From an uncultured Acidobacteriota bacterium (lineage in GTDB: Bacteria > Acidobacteriota > Thermoanaerobaculia > Multivoradales > JAHEKO01), in contig CAVQNG010000025.1 in NCBI GenBank assembly GCA_963713825.1, positions 576,001-640,000 of the forward strand: a stretch of DNA of 64,000 nucleotides, written 5' to 3'. Numbering within the stretch: the first letter of the stretch is position 1; each line of letters begins with the position of its first letter. Below the pieces are notes generated by a model, which saw nothing but the letters and a program-made list of their open reading frames with translations, was not told the DNA's origin and searched no databases. Below, in pieces: positions 17,744 through 29,156 of the stretch. The position numbers and the translations under genes were made by a program.

Positions 17744-18571
17744 ATGGCAGTCAAGCAATACAAACCCACGAACCCCGCGAGCCGCAATCGGTCGGTCTCG
17801 ACGTTCGAGGAGCTGACGGCGAACAGCCCCCACAAACCGCTCGCCAAAGGTAAGAAGCGGATCGGTGGGCGGAACAACAAGGGACAGACCACCGTTCGAT
17901 TTCGCGGTGGCGGCCATAAACGGCGCTACCGCGTGGTGGATTTCAAGCGGGACAAGCACGGCGTTCCCGCCAAGGTCTCCACGGTCGAGTACGATCCGAA
18001 CCGGTCAGCTCACATCGCCCTGTTGAGCTATGCAGACGGCGAGAAGCGCTACATTCTCTGGCCCCATGGGCTGGAAGTGGGGGTGGAAGTGCTCTCCGGC
18101 GAGGACGCTCCAGTCAATCTGGGCAATGCTCTTCCCATCCGTGAGATCCCGGTCGGTACGATCATCCACAATGTCGAGCTCAAGATCGGCAAGGGTGGTC
18201 AGTTGGTCAGAAGCGCCGGGGGTGGAGCGCAGTTGATGGCCAAAGAGGGCAGCTATGCGCAGGTGAAGCTGCCTTCGGGTGAGGTGCGAAAGGTGCACCT
18301 GGGCTGCTATGCGACGATCGGACAGGTTGGCAACCTGGATCACGGCAATATCTCTTCCGGCAAGGCAGGCCGAACTCGCTGGCAGGGTCGTCGTCCGCAC
18401 AATCGCGGCGTAACCATGAATCCGGTCGACCATCCGATGGGTGGTGGAGAAGGCAAGAGCTCGGGTGGGCGTCACCCTTGCACTCCGTGGGGCTTCCCGA
18501 CCAAGGGCTACAAGACCCGCAAGAACAAGCGAACCGACAACATGATCGTGCGCCGCCGCAAGCGCAAATAA
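17744..18571 (+). CDS. rplB: 50S ribosomal protein L2
   Basis: EYDPNRSA and [13 protein letters not shown]. Confidence 0.99.
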   Translation: MAVKQYKPTNPASRNRSVSTFEELTANSPHKPLAKGKKRIGGRNNKGQTTVRFRGGGHKRRYRVVDFKRDKHGVPAKVSTVEYDPNRSAHIALLSYADGEKRYILWPHGLEVGVEVLSGEDAPVNLGNALPIREIPVGTIIHNVELKIGKGGQLVRSAGGGAQLMAKEGSYAQVKLPSGEVRKVHLGCYATIGQVGNLDHGNISSGKAGRTRWQGRRPHNRGVTMNPVDHPMGGGEGKSSGGRHPCTPWGFPTKGYKTRKNKRTDNMIVRRRKRK

Positions 18572-18586
18572 GGGTGGAGAAGCGAT

Positions 18587-18874
18587 ATGGCTCGATCTCT
18601 CAAGAAGGGTTACTTCATCGACTATCACCTGGAGGACAAGGTGAAGGCGGCGGTTGGTACGAACGACCAGCGCGTCATCAAGACGTGGTCTCGTCGCTCG
18701 ACGATTACGCCCGACATGGTGGGGCGCACCATCGCGGTGCACAACGGCATCAAGTTCATTCCGGTCTTCGTCACCGAGAACATGGTCGGCCACAAGTTGG
18801 GCGAGTTCGCGATGACGCGGACGTTCCGTGGTCACGGTGGCAAGAGAGTAGAGAAGATGGGTCGCCCCCGGTAG
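18587..18874 (+). CDS. rpsS: 30S ribosomal protein S19
   Basis: [25 protein letters not shown]. Confidence 0.99.
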   Translation: MARSLKKGYFIDYHLEDKVKAAVGTNDQRVIKTWSRRSTITPDMVGRTIAVHNGIKFIPVFVTENMVGHKLGEFAMTRTFRGHGGKRVEKMGRPR

Positions 18875-18910
18875 GGTGCGAGGCCAAGATCTTTAAGAGG
18901 ACCTTCGGTA

Positions 18911-19255
18911 ATGGAAGTAACAGCGCGACACAGGTACCTGCAGACCTCACCGCAAAAGGTGAGACTGGTTGCCGATCAGATTCGTGGCAAGGGCGTTCAG
19001 GACGCGGCCAACATCTTGGAGTTGAGCAAGAAGGGAGTGGCACAACCGCTGCGCAAGCTGCTGCAGTCGGCGATCGCCAATGCCGAGAACCTCGACGACC
19101 AGCTGGATGTGGATCGGCTGTATGTCAAGGAGATCTTCGTCGATGGCGGGCCGACGCTGAAGCGTATTCGGCCTCAACCCATGGGACGGGCATTTCGCAT
19201 CTTGAAGCGCCAGAGTCACGTGACGATCAAACTGGATACCCGGAAGGGTGAATAG
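18911..19255 (+). CDS. rplV: 50S ribosomal protein L22
   Basis: SPQKVRLVADQIRG and SAIANAE. Confidence 0.98.
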   Translation: MEVTARHRYLQTSPQKVRLVADQIRGKGVQDAANILELSKKGVAQPLRKLLQSAIANAENLDDQLDVDRLYVKEIFVDGGPTLKRIRPQPMGRAFRILKRQSHVTIKLDTRKGE

Positions 19256-19279
19256 CTCGCGACGGCTAAGGAGACGATA

Positions 19280-19930
19280 GTGGGGCAGAAAACTCATCCG
19301 TATGGGTTCCGGCTGGTTTACAACAAGTCCTGGAAGTCGCGTTGGTATGCGGACAAGGACTACGCCAGGCTCTTGCACGAAGATCTCGATTTGCGGGCCC
19401 GGCTGAAGAAGCGACTGTCGCACGCCGGAGTCAGTGAGATCGACATCGAGCGGGCGGCCGACAAACTGCGTGTCACGATCTACACTTCGAGGCCGGGAAT
19501 CATCATCGGTCGCAAGGGTGCCGAGGTCGACAAGTTGCGCGATGACCTGATGAAGCACATGGGCCGCGAAGTGCATATCAATATCCAGGAGATTCAGCGG
19601 CCCGAGCTCGATGCCCAGCTGGTAGCCGAGAATATCGCTGGCCAGCTGCTTCGTCGGGTGGCCTTTCGCCGCGCCATGAAGAAGCAGATGGAGTCGGCTT
19701 TTCGGTTCGGAGCAAAGGGCTTCAAGATCATGGTGTCGGGAAGGCTCGGCGGCAATGAGATCGCCCGGACGGAGTGGTATCAGGAAGGCCGTCTGCCGCT
19801 CCACACCCTGAAGGCGGAGATCGACTATGGCTTCGCCGAATCGCGCACGACCTATGGAGTCATTGGCTGCAAGGTGTGGATTTACAAAGGTGATCTGTTG
19901 CGGGAGAAAGCCCGCCGCGCGGCGATCTGA
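19280..19930 (+). CDS. rpsC: 30S ribosomal protein S3
   Basis: [30 protein letters not shown]. Confidence 0.99.
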   Translation: MGQKTHPYGFRLVYNKSWKSRWYADKDYARLLHEDLDLRARLKKRLSHAGVSEIDIERAADKLRVTIYTSRPGIIIGRKGAEVDKLRDDLMKHMGREVHINIQEIQRPELDAQLVAENIAGQLLRRVAFRRAMKKQMESAFRFGAKGFKIMVSGRLGGNEIARTEWYQEGRLPLHTLKAEIDYGFAESRTTYGVIGCKVWIYKGDLLREKARRAAI

Positions 19931-19951
19931 TCGATTCGAGGAGTCAAGATC

Positions 19952-20371
19952 ATGTTGATGCCCAAGAAGGTGAAGTACAGGAAGAAGCAGCGCGGCCGGC
20001 GTCGAGGCAAGGCGAAGGGTGGGGACTACATCGCCTTCGGCGACCACGCTCTGCAGGCCCTGGAAACAGGTTGGGTCAGCTCTCGGCAGATCGAATCGGC
20101 TCGAATTGCGATCGCCAGAGGTGTGAAGCGTGGTGGCAAGATCTGGATCCGTGTGTTTCCGGACAAGCCAATCACCAAGAAGCCCCTCGAGACACGAATG
20201 GGTAAGGGAAAGGGCAACCCTGAAGGTTGGGTAGCTGTCGTCAAGCCAGGTCGGATTCTGTTCGAGGTCGAAGGTGTCGACCCTGAGCTCACCAAGAGGG
20301 CGATCGAGCTGGCTTCGTACAAATTCGGCATCAAGACGCGATACATCTCGCGCGACCATACGGCCTGGTGA
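19952..20371 (+). CDS. rplP: 50S ribosomal protein L16
   Basis: [11 protein letters not shown] and RMGKGKG. Confidence 0.99.
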   Translation: MLMPKKVKYRKKQRGRRRGKAKGGDYIAFGDHALQALETGWVSSRQIESARIAIARGVKRGGKIWIRVFPDKPITKKPLETRMGKGKGNPEGWVAVVKPGRILFEVEGVDPELTKRAIELASYKFGIKTRYISRDHTAW

Positions 20372-20379
20372 GGTGAGTG

Positions 20380-20568
20380 ATGAAGGCTTCGGAGTTGAGA
20401 GAGCAGACTGTTGAAGAGCTGCAGGACCGGGAGAAAGAGCTAGCTGAAAAGCTCTTCGCCCTGCGACTGCAGAGGGTGACGGGCCAGTTGGAGAGCCCGG
20501 CGAAAATGCGCGAGGCCAAGCGGGATCTCGCTCGAGTTCTGACGGTCCTTCGCGAGAAGCGGGACTAG
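20380..20568 (+). CDS. rpmC: 50S ribosomal protein L29
   Basis: MKASELR...LFALRLQ...ARVLTVL; synteny. Confidence 0.96.
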   Translation: MKASELREQTVEELQDREKELAEKLFALRLQRVTGQLESPAKMREAKRDLARVLTVLREKRD

Positions 20569-20593
20569 ACGAAGGAATTATTCGGAGAGCAAG

Positions 20594-20878
20594 GTGATGT
20601 CGGAGCAAGCAGCGACAGCCAGCCGTGGGCGGCAACAGGTGAAAGTAGGCACAGTGGTCAAAGACCAGATGGATAAAACTGTCGTGGTTGCTGTTACCAA
20701 CACTGTGATGCACCGCCTGTACCGCCGCTACCTCAAGCGAACATCGAAGTTCTTTGCCCATGACGAGAACAACGAGTGCCGCCTTGGCGATCGCGTTCAG
20801 ATCGTCTCCAGTCGTCCGCTCTCGAAGCAGAAGCGGTGGCGGGTCAAAGAGATCCTGAAGAGGGCGGAGGGTAGCTGA
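20594..20878 (+). CDS. rpsQ: 30S ribosomal protein S17
   Basis: [25 protein letters not shown]. Confidence 0.97.
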   Translation: MMSEQAATASRGRQQVKVGTVVKDQMDKTVVVAVTNTVMHRLYRRYLKRTSKFFAHDENNECRLGDRVQIVSSRPLSKQKRWRVKEILKRAEGS

Positions 20879-20880
20879 CG

Positions 20881-21249
20881 ATGATTCAGATGGGCACAGT
20901 ATTGGACGTAGCAGACAATTCCGGCGCTCGGAAGATTGCCTGCATTCAAATGCGAGGCGGTTCTTCGGGTCAGTACGGCGGCCTCGGCGATGTGATCACC
21001 GCGTCGGTCAAGGAAGCGACCCCCGAAGGTACCGTCAAGAAGGGGCAGGTCGTCAGAGCGGTCATCGTTCGAACTCGGCGGTCCTACCGGCGCCGAGATG
21101 GCAGTCATATCCGGTTCGACTCCAATTCGGCGGTACTGGTCAACGATGCAGGCGAGCCGGTGGGCACTCGAGTCTTCGGTCCCGTAGCTCGAGAGTTGCG
21201 AGAGAAGCGGTTCATGAAGATCGTCTCATTGGCACCGGAGGTGCTGTAG
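20881..21249 (+). CDS. rplN: 50S ribosomal protein L14
   Basis: [22 protein letters not shown]. Confidence 0.99.
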   Translation: MIQMGTVLDVADNSGARKIACIQMRGGSSGQYGGLGDVITASVKEATPEGTVKKGQVVRAVIVRTRRSYRRRDGSHIRFDSNSAVLVNDAGEPVGTRVFGPVARELREKRFMKIVSLAPEVL

Positions 21250-21304
21250 CTCGCTCGACGGCTCGATTCTGGGCCGGTCTCGAACGGGAACTGCGGAGTT
21301 AAGG

Positions 21305-21631
21305 ATGATGCGCAAGGTCAACATCAAGAAGAACGACGAGGTTGTGGTGATTCTCGGTCGGAACCGAGGAGTCAAGGGACGGGTCCTGCGGGTCTTCCCT
21401 GGCGATGCGACAGCGATTGTCGAGCGCGCCAATATGATCAAACGGCACACACGACCGAACCCGAACAAGCAGATCCAGGGTGGCATCGTGGAGCGAGAGG
21501 CTCCGATCCGCCTGTCGAATCTGAAACTGATCTGCCCCGAGTGCGGCAAACCGACTCGGATCGGGCGGAAGCGATTGGCTGACGGCAGTGGAGTGCGGGT
21601 CTGCAAAGCCTGCGACGCTACCTTCAATTGA
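21305..21631 (+). CDS. rplX: 50S ribosomal protein L24
   Basis: KOW motif [22 protein letters not shown]; carries CPEC and CKAC. Confidence 0.97.
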   Translation: MMRKVNIKKNDEVVVILGRNRGVKGRVLRVFPGDATAIVERANMIKRHTRPNPNKQIQGGIVEREAPIRLSNLKLICPECGKPTRIGRKRLADGSGVRVCKACDATFN

Positions 21632-21651
21632 GCTGAGAGGACAAAAGTCAG

Positions 21652-22284
21652 ATGGCTAGCAAGAAAGACGCGAAGGCGGGCGCCAAAGCGGCTGCCGGTG
21701 CGCCGGGTGGCAACGGCTACGTTCCGCGGCTGAAGACACGATACTCGGAAGAGATTGTCGGAAAGCTGAGTGGCGAGTTTGGTATCGAGAACGTCATGGC
21801 CGTGCCGCGTCTCGAGAAGATCGTGCTCAACATGGGCCTCGGAGAGGCGACCCAGAACATCAAGATCCTCGATACGGCGGTCGAAGAGTTGGCGCAGGTT
21901 GCGGGACAGCAGCCGACGATTACCCGGGCGAAGAAATCGATTGCCGCCTTCAAGGTGCGGGAGGGCATGCCGATTGGTTGCCGGGTGACGCTGCGAGGGA
22001 ATCTGATGTGGAACTTCCTGGATCGTTTGATCGCGACGGCTCTGCCTCGGGTGCGTGACTTTCGGGGCGTGCCGAGCGGCAGCTTCGACGGCCGTGGCAA
22101 CTACACCCTGGGTGTGCGGGACCATTTGATCTTCCCTGATCTCGACTACGACAAGGTGGATCGTTCCAAGGGTCTCAATATCACGATCGTGACCAGTGCC
22201 AAGAACGATGAGCAGGCCTTCTATCTGCTGCGCGAGCTGGGAATGCCCTTCGCTATCAGCCGATCTGGCGCTGCTGCTGAATAG
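21652..22284 (+). CDS. rplE: 50S ribosomal protein L5
   Basis: [28 protein letters not shown]; Ala/Gly/Lys-rich N-terminal extension. Confidence 0.99.
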   Translation: MASKKDAKAGAKAAAGAPGGNGYVPRLKTRYSEEIVGKLSGEFGIENVMAVPRLEKIVLNMGLGEATQNIKILDTAVEELAQVAGQQPTITRAKKSIAAFKVREGMPIGCRVTLRGNLMWNFLDRLIATALPRVRDFRGVPSGSFDGRGNYTLGVRDHLIFPDLDYDKVDRSKGLNITIVTSAKNDEQAFYLLRELGMPFAISRSGAAAE

Positions 22285-22302
22285 ATTTCAAGGAGATTGA
22301 AC

Positions 22303-22488
22303 GTGGCAACCACTGCGAAAATAGCCAAGAATCTGAAAGAGCCGAAGTACGCCGTCCGGCATCGGAATCGCTGTCAGCGCTGTGGGCGCCCACGCGGTTA
22401 TCTGCGCAAATTCGGTCTCTGCCGAATCTGCTTTCGCAACCTGGCCCTGCAGGGTTACCTGCCGGGAGTCATCAAGGCCAGTTGGTAG
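22303..22488 (+). CDS. rpsN: 30S ribosomal protein S14, Zn-binding short type
   Basis: 61 aa from GTG 22303 after AGGAG; RCQRCGRPR...CRIC...LPGVIKASW. Confidence 0.97.
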   Translation: MATTAKIAKNLKEPKYAVRHRNRCQRCGRPRGYLRKFGLCRICFRNLALQGYLPGVIKASW

Positions 22489-22547
22489 AAACGAGTGCTA
22501 GGAATCATGAGTAGCGAAGAGAGACAGGGGCCAGTGGAGGAACAATC

Positions 22548-22949
22548 ATGACTATGACCGATCCGGTCGCAGATCTGCTGAGTCGGATCCGCACCGCATA
22601 CATGGCGAAGCATGATCGCCTGGATGTACCGGCATCGAAGCTCAAGATCGAGGTCTGTCGGATCCTGAAGGAGCAAGGGTACGTGGAGTCGTTCGAGCAC
22701 CTCGATAGCGATCCGGTAAAGAAACAGGTGCGCATCTATCTGCGCTATACCCCCGACGGGGAGCCCTTGATCCGGAGTATCAAACGGATCAGCAAGCCGG
22801 GTCGCCGCGTCTACAAGGGGGCTGAAGAGATCCGTCCTGTCTTGAACGGACTTGGCGTCGGAATCATCTCGACTTCACAGGGACTGCTGACCGACTCGGA
22901 GGCGCGGCAGCGTCGCGTCGGTGGCGAAGTCCTCTGTGAGGTCTGGTAG
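22548..22949 (+). CDS. rpsH: 30S ribosomal protein S8
   Basis: MTDPVADLLSRIR, SKPGRRVY, GGEVLC. Confidence 0.99.
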   Translation: MTMTDPVADLLSRIRTAYMAKHDRLDVPASKLKIEVCRILKEQGYVESFEHLDSDPVKKQVRIYLRYTPDGEPLIRSIKRISKPGRRVYKGAEEIRPVLNGLGVGIISTSQGLLTDSEARQRRVGGEVLCEVW

Positions 22950-22961
22950 GAGGCCAGTGGC

Positions 22962-23510
22962 ATGTCGCGCGTAGGAAGAGAGCCCATTTCGATTCCCCAG
23001 GGTGTCAAGGTGACGGTGGAGGATCGGGTATTCGTGGCCGAAGGCCCCAAGGGCAAGGTCAGCCAGTCGCTACTGGAAGGCATCCCGGTGGAGATTGAGG
23101 ACGGCACCGTGACCGTAAACCGGATCGACGACTCCGGAGATCTGCGTTCGAAGCACGGTCTGATGCGAGCGCTGTTGGCCAATGCGGTGCAAGGTGTTTC
23201 GGAGGGTTTCAGCAAGCAGTTGGAGATCCACGGCGTCGGTTACCGCGCGTCACTCCAGGGCAGTGAGATTCACCTGTCGCTGGGCTACTCGCACCCGGTT
23301 GTGTTTCCGGTTCCCGAGGGAATCGAGGTCCAGGTGGACGAGAAGGCGGGCAAGATAACGGTCAGCGGTGCCGACCGCCAACAGGTGGGTCAGGTGGCGG
23401 CCAATATCCGACGCTTGCGCAAGCCGGAACCCTACAAGGGTAAGGGGATTCGCTATTCCGACGAGGTGGTGCGTCGCAAGGTCGGCAAGGCTGGCGCTAC
23501 CGCCAAGTAG
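22962..23510 (+). CDS. rplF: 50S ribosomal protein L6
   Basis: MSRVGREPI, GVGYRA, PEPYKGKGIRY. Confidence 0.99.
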   Translation: MSRVGREPISIPQGVKVTVEDRVFVAEGPKGKVSQSLLEGIPVEIEDGTVTVNRIDDSGDLRSKHGLMRALLANAVQGVSEGFSKQLEIHGVGYRASLQGSEIHLSLGYSHPVVFPVPEGIEVQVDEKAGKITVSGADRQQVGQVAANIRRLRKPEPYKGKGIRYSDEVVRRKVGKAGATAK

Positions 23511-23529
23511 AGAGGGCCGAGGAGAGATC

Positions 23530-23901
23530 ATGGACAAGGCACAGGAAAAGTACTTGCGTCGGAGGCGGGCCCACAGGCGGGTGCGCAGATCGGTGCAGGG
23601 TTCGACCGATCGCCCCCGGCTGGCGGTATACAAGAGCCTCAAGTTTGTCTACGCGCAGGTCATCGACGACCAGCAGGGTGTCACTCTGGTGCAGGCCAAC
23701 TCGGGAGAACCCGAGATTCTGCAGAAGCTCGAGGGTGGCAGCAAGTCCAAGGCGGCGGCGCGGATGGTGGGCGAGATCGTGGGTGAGCGCGCCAAGGCAA
23801 AGGGTATCGAAGCCGTAGTCTTCGACCGCGGTGGTTACATCTTTCACGGCAGGGTCAAGGAAGTGGCGGAAGGTGCCCGCTCCAAGGGCCTGGATTTCTA
23901 G
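23530..23901 (+). CDS. rplR: 50S ribosomal protein L18
   Basis: RPRLAVYKS and [14 protein letters not shown]; start at ATG 23530 after GAGGAG (ORF track over-extends). Confidence 0.98.
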   Translation: MDKAQEKYLRRRRAHRRVRRSVQGSTDRPRLAVYKSLKFVYAQVIDDQQGVTLVQANSGEPEILQKLEGGSKSKAAARMVGEIVGERAKAKGIEAVVFDRGGYIFHGRVKEVAEGARSKGLDF

Positions 23902-23945
23902 CCTGGGAAGCAGTCTGCTGATAGGCGAAGCGGAGGAGAATCAAG

Positions 23946-24470
23946 TTGGCTAGAGACTTTAACAGCGAACCCGAGTTTTTCGAGCAGGTCATCGATATCA
24001 ACCGAGTGACGAAAGTCGTCAAGGGTGGTAAGAACTTCTCCTTCACGGCTCTGGTCGTGATCGGCGACGGAAATGGTCGTGTGGGATATGGATCCGGCAA
24101 GGCCAAGGAGGTCCCCACCGCCATTCGTAAGGGGATCGACATCGCCAAGAAGAACCTCTTCAAGTTTCCGATGCGAGGCACCACGGTGCCGCATGAGGCA
24201 TTGGGACGCTTCGGAGCGAGTCGAGTGCTTCTCAAGCCCGCTTCCGAAGGCACCGGCGTCATTGCCGGAGGTGCTGTCAGGGCGGTGGTGGAAAGCGCTG
24301 GATATCAGGACATCCTCACCAAGTCGCTGGGATCGAAGAATCCCAACAACGTGGTGAAGGCGACCATGGACGCACTGGCGCAGCTGCGCAGCGAGAACGA
24401 GGTGCGTCGCCTGCGCGGTCTGGAGGAGCTCGCGCCAGCCGCCGAAAAGGCCCAGGTCGACGACAACTAG
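23946..24470 (+). CDS. rpsE: 30S ribosomal protein S5
   Basis: [11 protein letters not shown] and GTGVIAGG; TTG start. Confidence 0.99.
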   Translation: MARDFNSEPEFFEQVIDINRVTKVVKGGKNFSFTALVVIGDGNGRVGYGSGKAKEVPTAIRKGIDIAKKNLFKFPMRGTTVPHEALGRFGASRVLLKPASEGTGVIAGGAVRAVVESAGYQDILTKSLGSKNPNNVVKATMDALAQLRSENEVRRLRGLEELAPAAEKAQVDDN

Positions 24471-24488
24471 AAGAGTCGGGGAAGAGCC

Positions 24489-24680
24489 ATGGCGAAGCAG
24501 AATATGCTGAAGATACGACAAACGAGGAGCCCGATTGGGCGTCCCAAGAACCAGCACGAGGTGCTCAGAAGCCTCGGTCTGAGACGCATCCGACATGAGG
24601 TGATGCGAGAGGATACCCCCGCAGTCAGGGGCATGGTAGCCAAGATCCCTCATCTGGCAGAGATCGTGGAGGAATCGTGA
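24489..24680 (+). CDS. rpmD: 50S ribosomal protein L30
   Basis: RSPIG, LGLRRI, VRGMV. Confidence 0.96.
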   Translation: MAKQNMLKIRQTRSPIGRPKNQHEVLRSLGLRRIRHEVMREDTPAVRGMVAKIPHLAEIVEES

Positions 24681-25117
24681 TGAAGTTGCATGACCTTTCG
24701 CCGGCCAAAGGCTCCAAGCGGCCCAAGAAGCGGATCGGGCGCGGCCCGGGTTCGGGGCACGGAAAGACCGCGGGTCGGGGTCACAAGGGACAGCGATCGC
24801 GCTCCGGTTTCAGTCAGCGAGCTGGATTCGAGGGCGGCCAGATGCCGTTGGTGCGGAGAGTCCCAAAGCGGGGCTTCACCAATATTTTCAGAACGGAGTA
24901 TCAGGTAGTCAACGTCGCTCGACTCGCCGACCTCGAGGGTGAGGTTACCCCTGAGAGCTTGGTCGAGCAGGGGCTGGTCCGGTCGGGTCAGCCTGTCAAG
25001 GTGCTCGGCAATGGCGAGATAGCGACGGCCCTGAAGGTGAAGGCCCATAAATTCAGCGCCACTGCGCGCGCCAAGATCGAGGCTGCCGGTGGCAGCTGCG
25101 AGGTGGTTGAGTCGTGA
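24680..25117 (+). CDS. rplO: 50S ribosomal protein L15
   Basis: [21 protein letters not shown] and FEGGQMP. Confidence 0.99.
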   Translation: MKLHDLSPAKGSKRPKKRIGRGPGSGHGKTAGRGHKGQRSRSGFSQRAGFEGGQMPLVRRVPKRGFTNIFRTEYQVVNVARLADLEGEVTPESLVEQGLVRSGQPVKVLGNGEIATALKVKAHKFSATARAKIEAAGGSCEVVES

Positions 25118-26496
25118 TCGAGAGCTTTCGCAATATCTTTGCGATTCCCGAGCTGCGCAAGAGGGTGCTGTTCACCTTCGGACTGCTTGCCGTCTATCGG
25201 ATCGGCTGCAACATTCCCACTCCAGGGATCGATCCGCAGGCTCTTGTCGAATTCATGGCGGCAATGCAGAACACGCTGCTGGGCTTCGTGAACACGTTTA
25301 CCGGAGGCAGCTTGAAGCGCGTCGCTGTCTTTGCGCTGGGCATCATGCCCTACATCACGTCGTCCATCATCTTGCAGCTGTTGACGGTCGTGTGGCCGTA
25401 CCTGGAGAAGCTCTCCAAAGAGGGCGAGCTAGGTCGGCGCAAGATCACCCAGTACACGCGCTACCTGACGATGGGTATTTCACTGATCCAGTCGGCGGGT
25501 ATCAGTCTGTGGCTGGAAAAGACCACCACGCCGGGTGGTGCATCGCTGGTGCCTCATCCAGGTTGGGGTTTTCGAGTGATCACTATGCTCACCCTGACCA
25601 CCGGATGTGCCTTCGTGATGTGGCTGGGAGAGCAGATCACCGAACGGGGTGTGGGCAACGGTATCTCCTTGATCATCTTCGCGGGCATCGTGGTCGGTCT
25701 TCCCGGCGCCATCGTTCAGACGATCAGCAGTCTCCAAAGCGGTACCACATCGGTGCTCAAGATGCTGATTCTGATCGTCTTCATGTTTGGGGTGGTGGCC
25801 TTCATCGTTTACATGGAGCGTGCCCAACGTCGAATACCCGTGCAATATGCCAAGCGAGTGGTGGGGCGCAGGATCTACGGTGGGCAAAATACCTATCTGC
25901 CTCTGCGGGTCAACACCGGCGGTGTGATTCCAGTCATCTTCGCCAGTTCAGTGGTGATGATTCCGACGACGATCGCTGGCATGTTCCAGAATGAGTGGTT
26001 GCGGAGCATCGCCGACGCGATCTCCTGGGGGCAGCCGATCTATTACCTGCTCTACGCCAGCGCGATCATCTTCTTCAGCTACTTCTACGTGTCGATCATC
26101 TTCAACCCAGCGGATACGGCTGAAAATCTCCGCAAGTATGGTGGCTTCATTCCAGGTATTCGCTCGGGCAGGCGAACCGCCGAGTACATCGACCGCATCC
26201 TCACGCGGCTGACATTGGTGGGTGCCGTCTACTTGGCAGCCGTCTCCATCCTGCCGGAGTTCCTGCTCAGCGGTATGAAGGTCGAGGGACTGCCGTTTAT
26301 CGGCGCCACCCTCGACGCGGTGATGCCCGCCTGGTTCACCCAGGGAATGGGGATTCAGTTCTACTTCGGTGGCACATCCCTGCTGATCGTTGTCGGTGTC
26401 GCCATGGACACGGTCCAGCAGGTCGAGAGTCAATTGGTGATGCGCAATTACGAAGGATTCATGAAACGAGGGAGGATCCGAGGCCGCAAGGGATAG
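25114..26496 (+). CDS. secY: Preprotein translocase subunit SecY
   Basis: [37 protein letters not shown]; multiple TM segments. Confidence 0.99.
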   Translation: MIESFRNIFAIPELRKRVLFTFGLLAVYRIGCNIPTPGIDPQALVEFMAAMQNTLLGFVNTFTGGSLKRVAVFALGIMPYITSSIILQLLTVVWPYLEKLSKEGELGRRKITQYTRYLTMGISLIQSAGISLWLEKTTTPGGASLVPHPGWGFRVITMLTLTTGCAFVMWLGEQITERGVGNGISLIIFAGIVVGLPGAIVQTISSLQSGTTSVLKMLILIVFMFGVVAFIVYMERAQRRIPVQYAKRVVGRRIYGGQNTYLPLRVNTGGVIPVIFASSVVMIPTTIAGMFQNEWLRSIADAISWGQPIYYLLYASAIIFFSYFYVSIIFNPADTAENLRKYGGFIPGIRSGRRTAEYIDRILTRLTLVGAVYLAAVSILPEFLLSGMKVEGLPFIGATLDAVMPAWFTQGMGIQFYFGGTSLLIVVGVAMDTVQQVESQLVMRNYEGFMKRGRIRGRKG

Positions 26497-26529
26497 GGCA
26501 ATCCCGGACGATCTCGGAACAGACCTGTG

Positions 26530-27093
26530 ATGCGACTCATACTTCTTGGAGCTCCCGGCTCGGGCAAAGGGACCCAGGCGGCCCTTCTGGCCGAAGAGCT
26601 GGCCATCCCTGCCATTTCCACTGGCGAGATGCTGCGCCAGGCCGTGGAAGCAGGGACGACCCTCGGAGAGAAGGTCAGGCAAGTCATGAGCTCGGGAGAT
26701 CTGGTCGACGACGCCACAATGGGGGAAGTCGTCAGGGAGCGCCTTGCCAACGAAGATGCGAAGGGTGGGTTCATCCTGGATGGCTACCCACGCACACTGG
26801 CGCAGGCCGATCTGCTGGCAGAGATCTTGACCGACATGGAGTCGGAGCTGGATGGTGTGCTCTACCTCAAGGTGCCGGAGACCGTCTTGATCGAGCGAAT
26901 TCTGGGCCGAAAGCGTGCCGATGACAAGGAAGATGTCATCCGGCAGCGACTTTTGGTCTACCGCCGACAGACACAGCCGCTGGTCGAGTATTACGAACAG
27001 CGTGGTCAGCTGATTCCTATCGAAGGCGATCGTCTGATCGAAGAGGTCGCAGCGGTCCTGCTGGAGGCCCTGGGCCGGAAGGTGGATGCGTAA
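26530..27093 (+). CDS. adk: Adenylate kinase, short-LID type
   Basis: GAPGSGKGTQ, LDGYPR; short LID (GRKRADD). Confidence 0.97.
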   Translation: MRLILLGAPGSGKGTQAALLAEELAIPAISTGEMLRQAVEAGTTLGEKVRQVMSSGDLVDDATMGEVVRERLANEDAKGGFILDGYPRTLAQADLLAEILTDMESELDGVLYLKVPETVLIERILGRKRADDKEDVIRQRLLVYRRQTQPLVEYYEQRGQLIPIEGDRLIEEVAAVLLEALGRKVDA

Positions 27094-27851
27094 TGGTCCT
27101 GAAGACCAGCGGTGAGATCGAGCTTATGGACGAGGCCAATCGCATCGTCCATCGGGTTCTGGATGGAATCACCGACTTGATCGTCCCTGGTGCGACCACC
27201 GCCGAACTCGATGGCTTCGCGGAGGAGTTCATCCGCCAGGCTGGAGGGGTCCCCGCCTTCCTGAACTACCGCGGGTTCCCAGCCACTCTGTGCACCTCGA
27301 TCAACGACGTCATCGTGCACGGCATCCCGAACGAGACGCCACTGGAGCAGGGGGACATCATCGGTGTCGATTGTGGGGTGCTGTACAAGGGTTACTATGG
27401 CGACGCTGCTCGCACCTATGCTGTGGGTGAGATCAGCTCCCAGGCCTGGCAGTTGATGGAGGTGACTCGGGAGTCGCTCGATCTCGCGATCCAGGTGATC
27501 GAGCCAGGCAAGCGGTTGTCGGACATCGGGCACACGGTTCAGAGCCATGTCGAGAAATTCGGCTTCTCGGTGGTCAGAGAATTCGTTGGGCATGGAATCG
27601 GTGCTGCGCTGCACGAGGATCCGCAGGTGCCCAATTTCGGCCAACCCGGGCGGGGACCCATGCTCGAGCCTGGGATGGTCCTGGCAATCGAGCCCATGGT
27701 CAATGCGGGCCAGCCCGGCGTCAAGGTAGACGCCGATGGTTGGACCGCCCGCACCACCGACGGTGCCCTGTCGGCGCACTACGAGTTTTCGGTTGCAGTG
27801 ACCGAGACGGGGCAAAAAGTTCTAGGCCGCAGCGTGGCTGCGGTTGCTTGA
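27093..27851 (+). CDS. map: Methionine aminopeptidase type I
   Basis: [29 protein letters not shown]. Confidence 0.98.
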   Translation: MVLKTSGEIELMDEANRIVHRVLDGITDLIVPGATTAELDGFAEEFIRQAGGVPAFLNYRGFPATLCTSINDVIVHGIPNETPLEQGDIIGVDCGVLYKGYYGDAARTYAVGEISSQAWQLMEVTRESLDLAIQVIEPGKRLSDIGHTVQSHVEKFGFSVVREFVGHGIGAALHEDPQVPNFGQPGRGPMLEPGMVLAIEPMVNAGQPGVKVDADGWTARTTDGALSAHYEFSVAVTETGQKVLGRSVAAVA

Positions 27852-27882
27852 CGGCTGTTCGACTGAAGCCCAAGGAGAAGAT

Positions 27883-28101
27883 TTGGCCAAAGAAGAAGCG
27901 ATCGAAGTCGAAGCTGTGGTGGTTGAGCCTCTGCCAAACGCCATGTTTCGTGTCGAGCTCGAGAATGGCCACCAAGTATTGGCACACGTCTCCGGAAAGA
28001 TGCGGAAACACTTCATCCGCATTTTGCCGGGCGACAGAGTCCGTGTGGAGTTGTCTCCGTACGATCTCAGCCGCGGCCGTATCGTCTATAGATTGAGGTA
28101 A
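27883..28101 (+). CDS. infA: Translation initiation factor IF-1
   Basis: 72 aa from TTG 27883 after AAGGAG; [20 protein letters not shown]. Confidence 0.98.
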   Translation: MAKEEAIEVEAVVVEPLPNAMFRVELENGHQVLAHVSGKMRKHFIRILPGDRVRVELSPYDLSRGRIVYRLR

Positions 28102-28115
28102 TCGAGGAAGTCGTT

Positions 28116-28229
28116 ATGAAAGTACGTTCGTCAGTCAAGCGAATGTGTCCAAAGTGCAAGATCATCAGGCGCCACGGTGTCGTTAGGGTGATCTGTGAGA
28201 ACCCCAAACACAAGCAACGACAAGGGTAA
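28116..28229 (+). CDS. rpmJ: 50S ribosomal protein L36 (absent from the supplied ORF track)
   Basis: Translated by hand: [37 protein letters not shown]; GAGG RBS. Confidence 0.98.
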   Translation: MKVRSSVKRMCPKCKIIRRHGVVRVICENPKHKQRQG

Positions 28230-28238
28230 GGTGTAGCC

Positions 28239-28619
28239 ATGGCGCGAATAGCAGGAGTCGATCTGCCTCCGAGCAAACAGGTCTGGGTCGGTCTGACCTA
28301 TATCTACGGTATCGGACGGACTCGGTCTCGCAAGATCCTCGAGACAGCCGAGGTCGAAGCGACAGTCAAGGTCAAGGATCTGACGGAAGAAGAGGCTCGC
28401 CGCATCCGACAGGTGATTCAGGATGAGGGGCGCGTTGAAGGAGATCTGCGAAAAGAGGTCGGACAGAACATCCGGCGTCTCATCGAGATCGGCTCCTACA
28501 GGGGAGTTCGTCATCGAAGGAATCTTCCCTTGCGAGGACAGAGAACGCACACCAATGCGCGTACCCGAAAGGGGCCGAAGCGTGGAGCCGTCGCGGGCAA
28601 GAAGCAGGTCAAGAAATAG
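28239..28619 (+). CDS. rpsM: 30S ribosomal protein S13
   Basis: [10 protein letters not shown] and [14 protein letters not shown]. Confidence 0.99.
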   Translation: MARIAGVDLPPSKQVWVGLTYIYGIGRTRSRKILETAEVEATVKVKDLTEEEARRIRQVIQDEGRVEGDLRKEVGQNIRRLIEIGSYRGVRHRRNLPLRGQRTHTNARTRKGPKRGAVAGKKQVKK

Positions 28620-28634
28620 AAATTGAGGTGAAGG

Positions 28635-29033
28635 ATGGCGAAAGCGCACAGCGGAGGCAAGGACCGGAGGAAGAAGGAAAAGAGGATTGTTCCTCACGGT
28701 GTAGCCCATATCAAGGCGACGTTCAACAACACGTTGATCACGATCTCCGACCCTGAAGGCAATGTGGTGAGCTGGTCTTCGGCCGGTCGAATCGGGTTCA
28801 AGGGCTCGCGGAAGGGAACTCCTTTCGCTGCCCAGGTCGCAGGTCAGAACGCCGCTCAGAATGCTCGGGACGTGGGCATGAGAACGATCGACGTCGAGGT
28901 CAACGGGCCAGGTGGCGGTCGCGAGTCTGCGATTCGCGCTCTGGGATCGGCTGGATTGACGGTGAAGTCCATCCGAGACGTCACTCCGATTCCGCACAAC
29001 GGTTGTCGGCCGCGGAAGCGGAGAAGAGTCTAG
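28635..29033 (+). CDS. rpsK: 30S ribosomal protein S11
   Basis: ATFNNT and [12 protein letters not shown]. Confidence 0.99.
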   Translation: MAKAHSGGKDRRKKEKRIVPHGVAHIKATFNNTLITISDPEGNVVSWSSAGRIGFKGSRKGTPFAAQVAGQNAAQNARDVGMRTIDVEVNGPGGGRESAIRALGSAGLTVKSIRDVTPIPHNGCRPRKRRRV

Positions 29034-29156
29034 AACTCATGAAAAAAGGTCAGGAAACTAGTCATTGGATTCCAGGGGTACTGGTTGCATTCGACGCGAG
29101 TGGTGTCGAGATGAGCCAGGGCCGGCTGATTCGAGCGCGGGAAGGAGAAGGATAAA

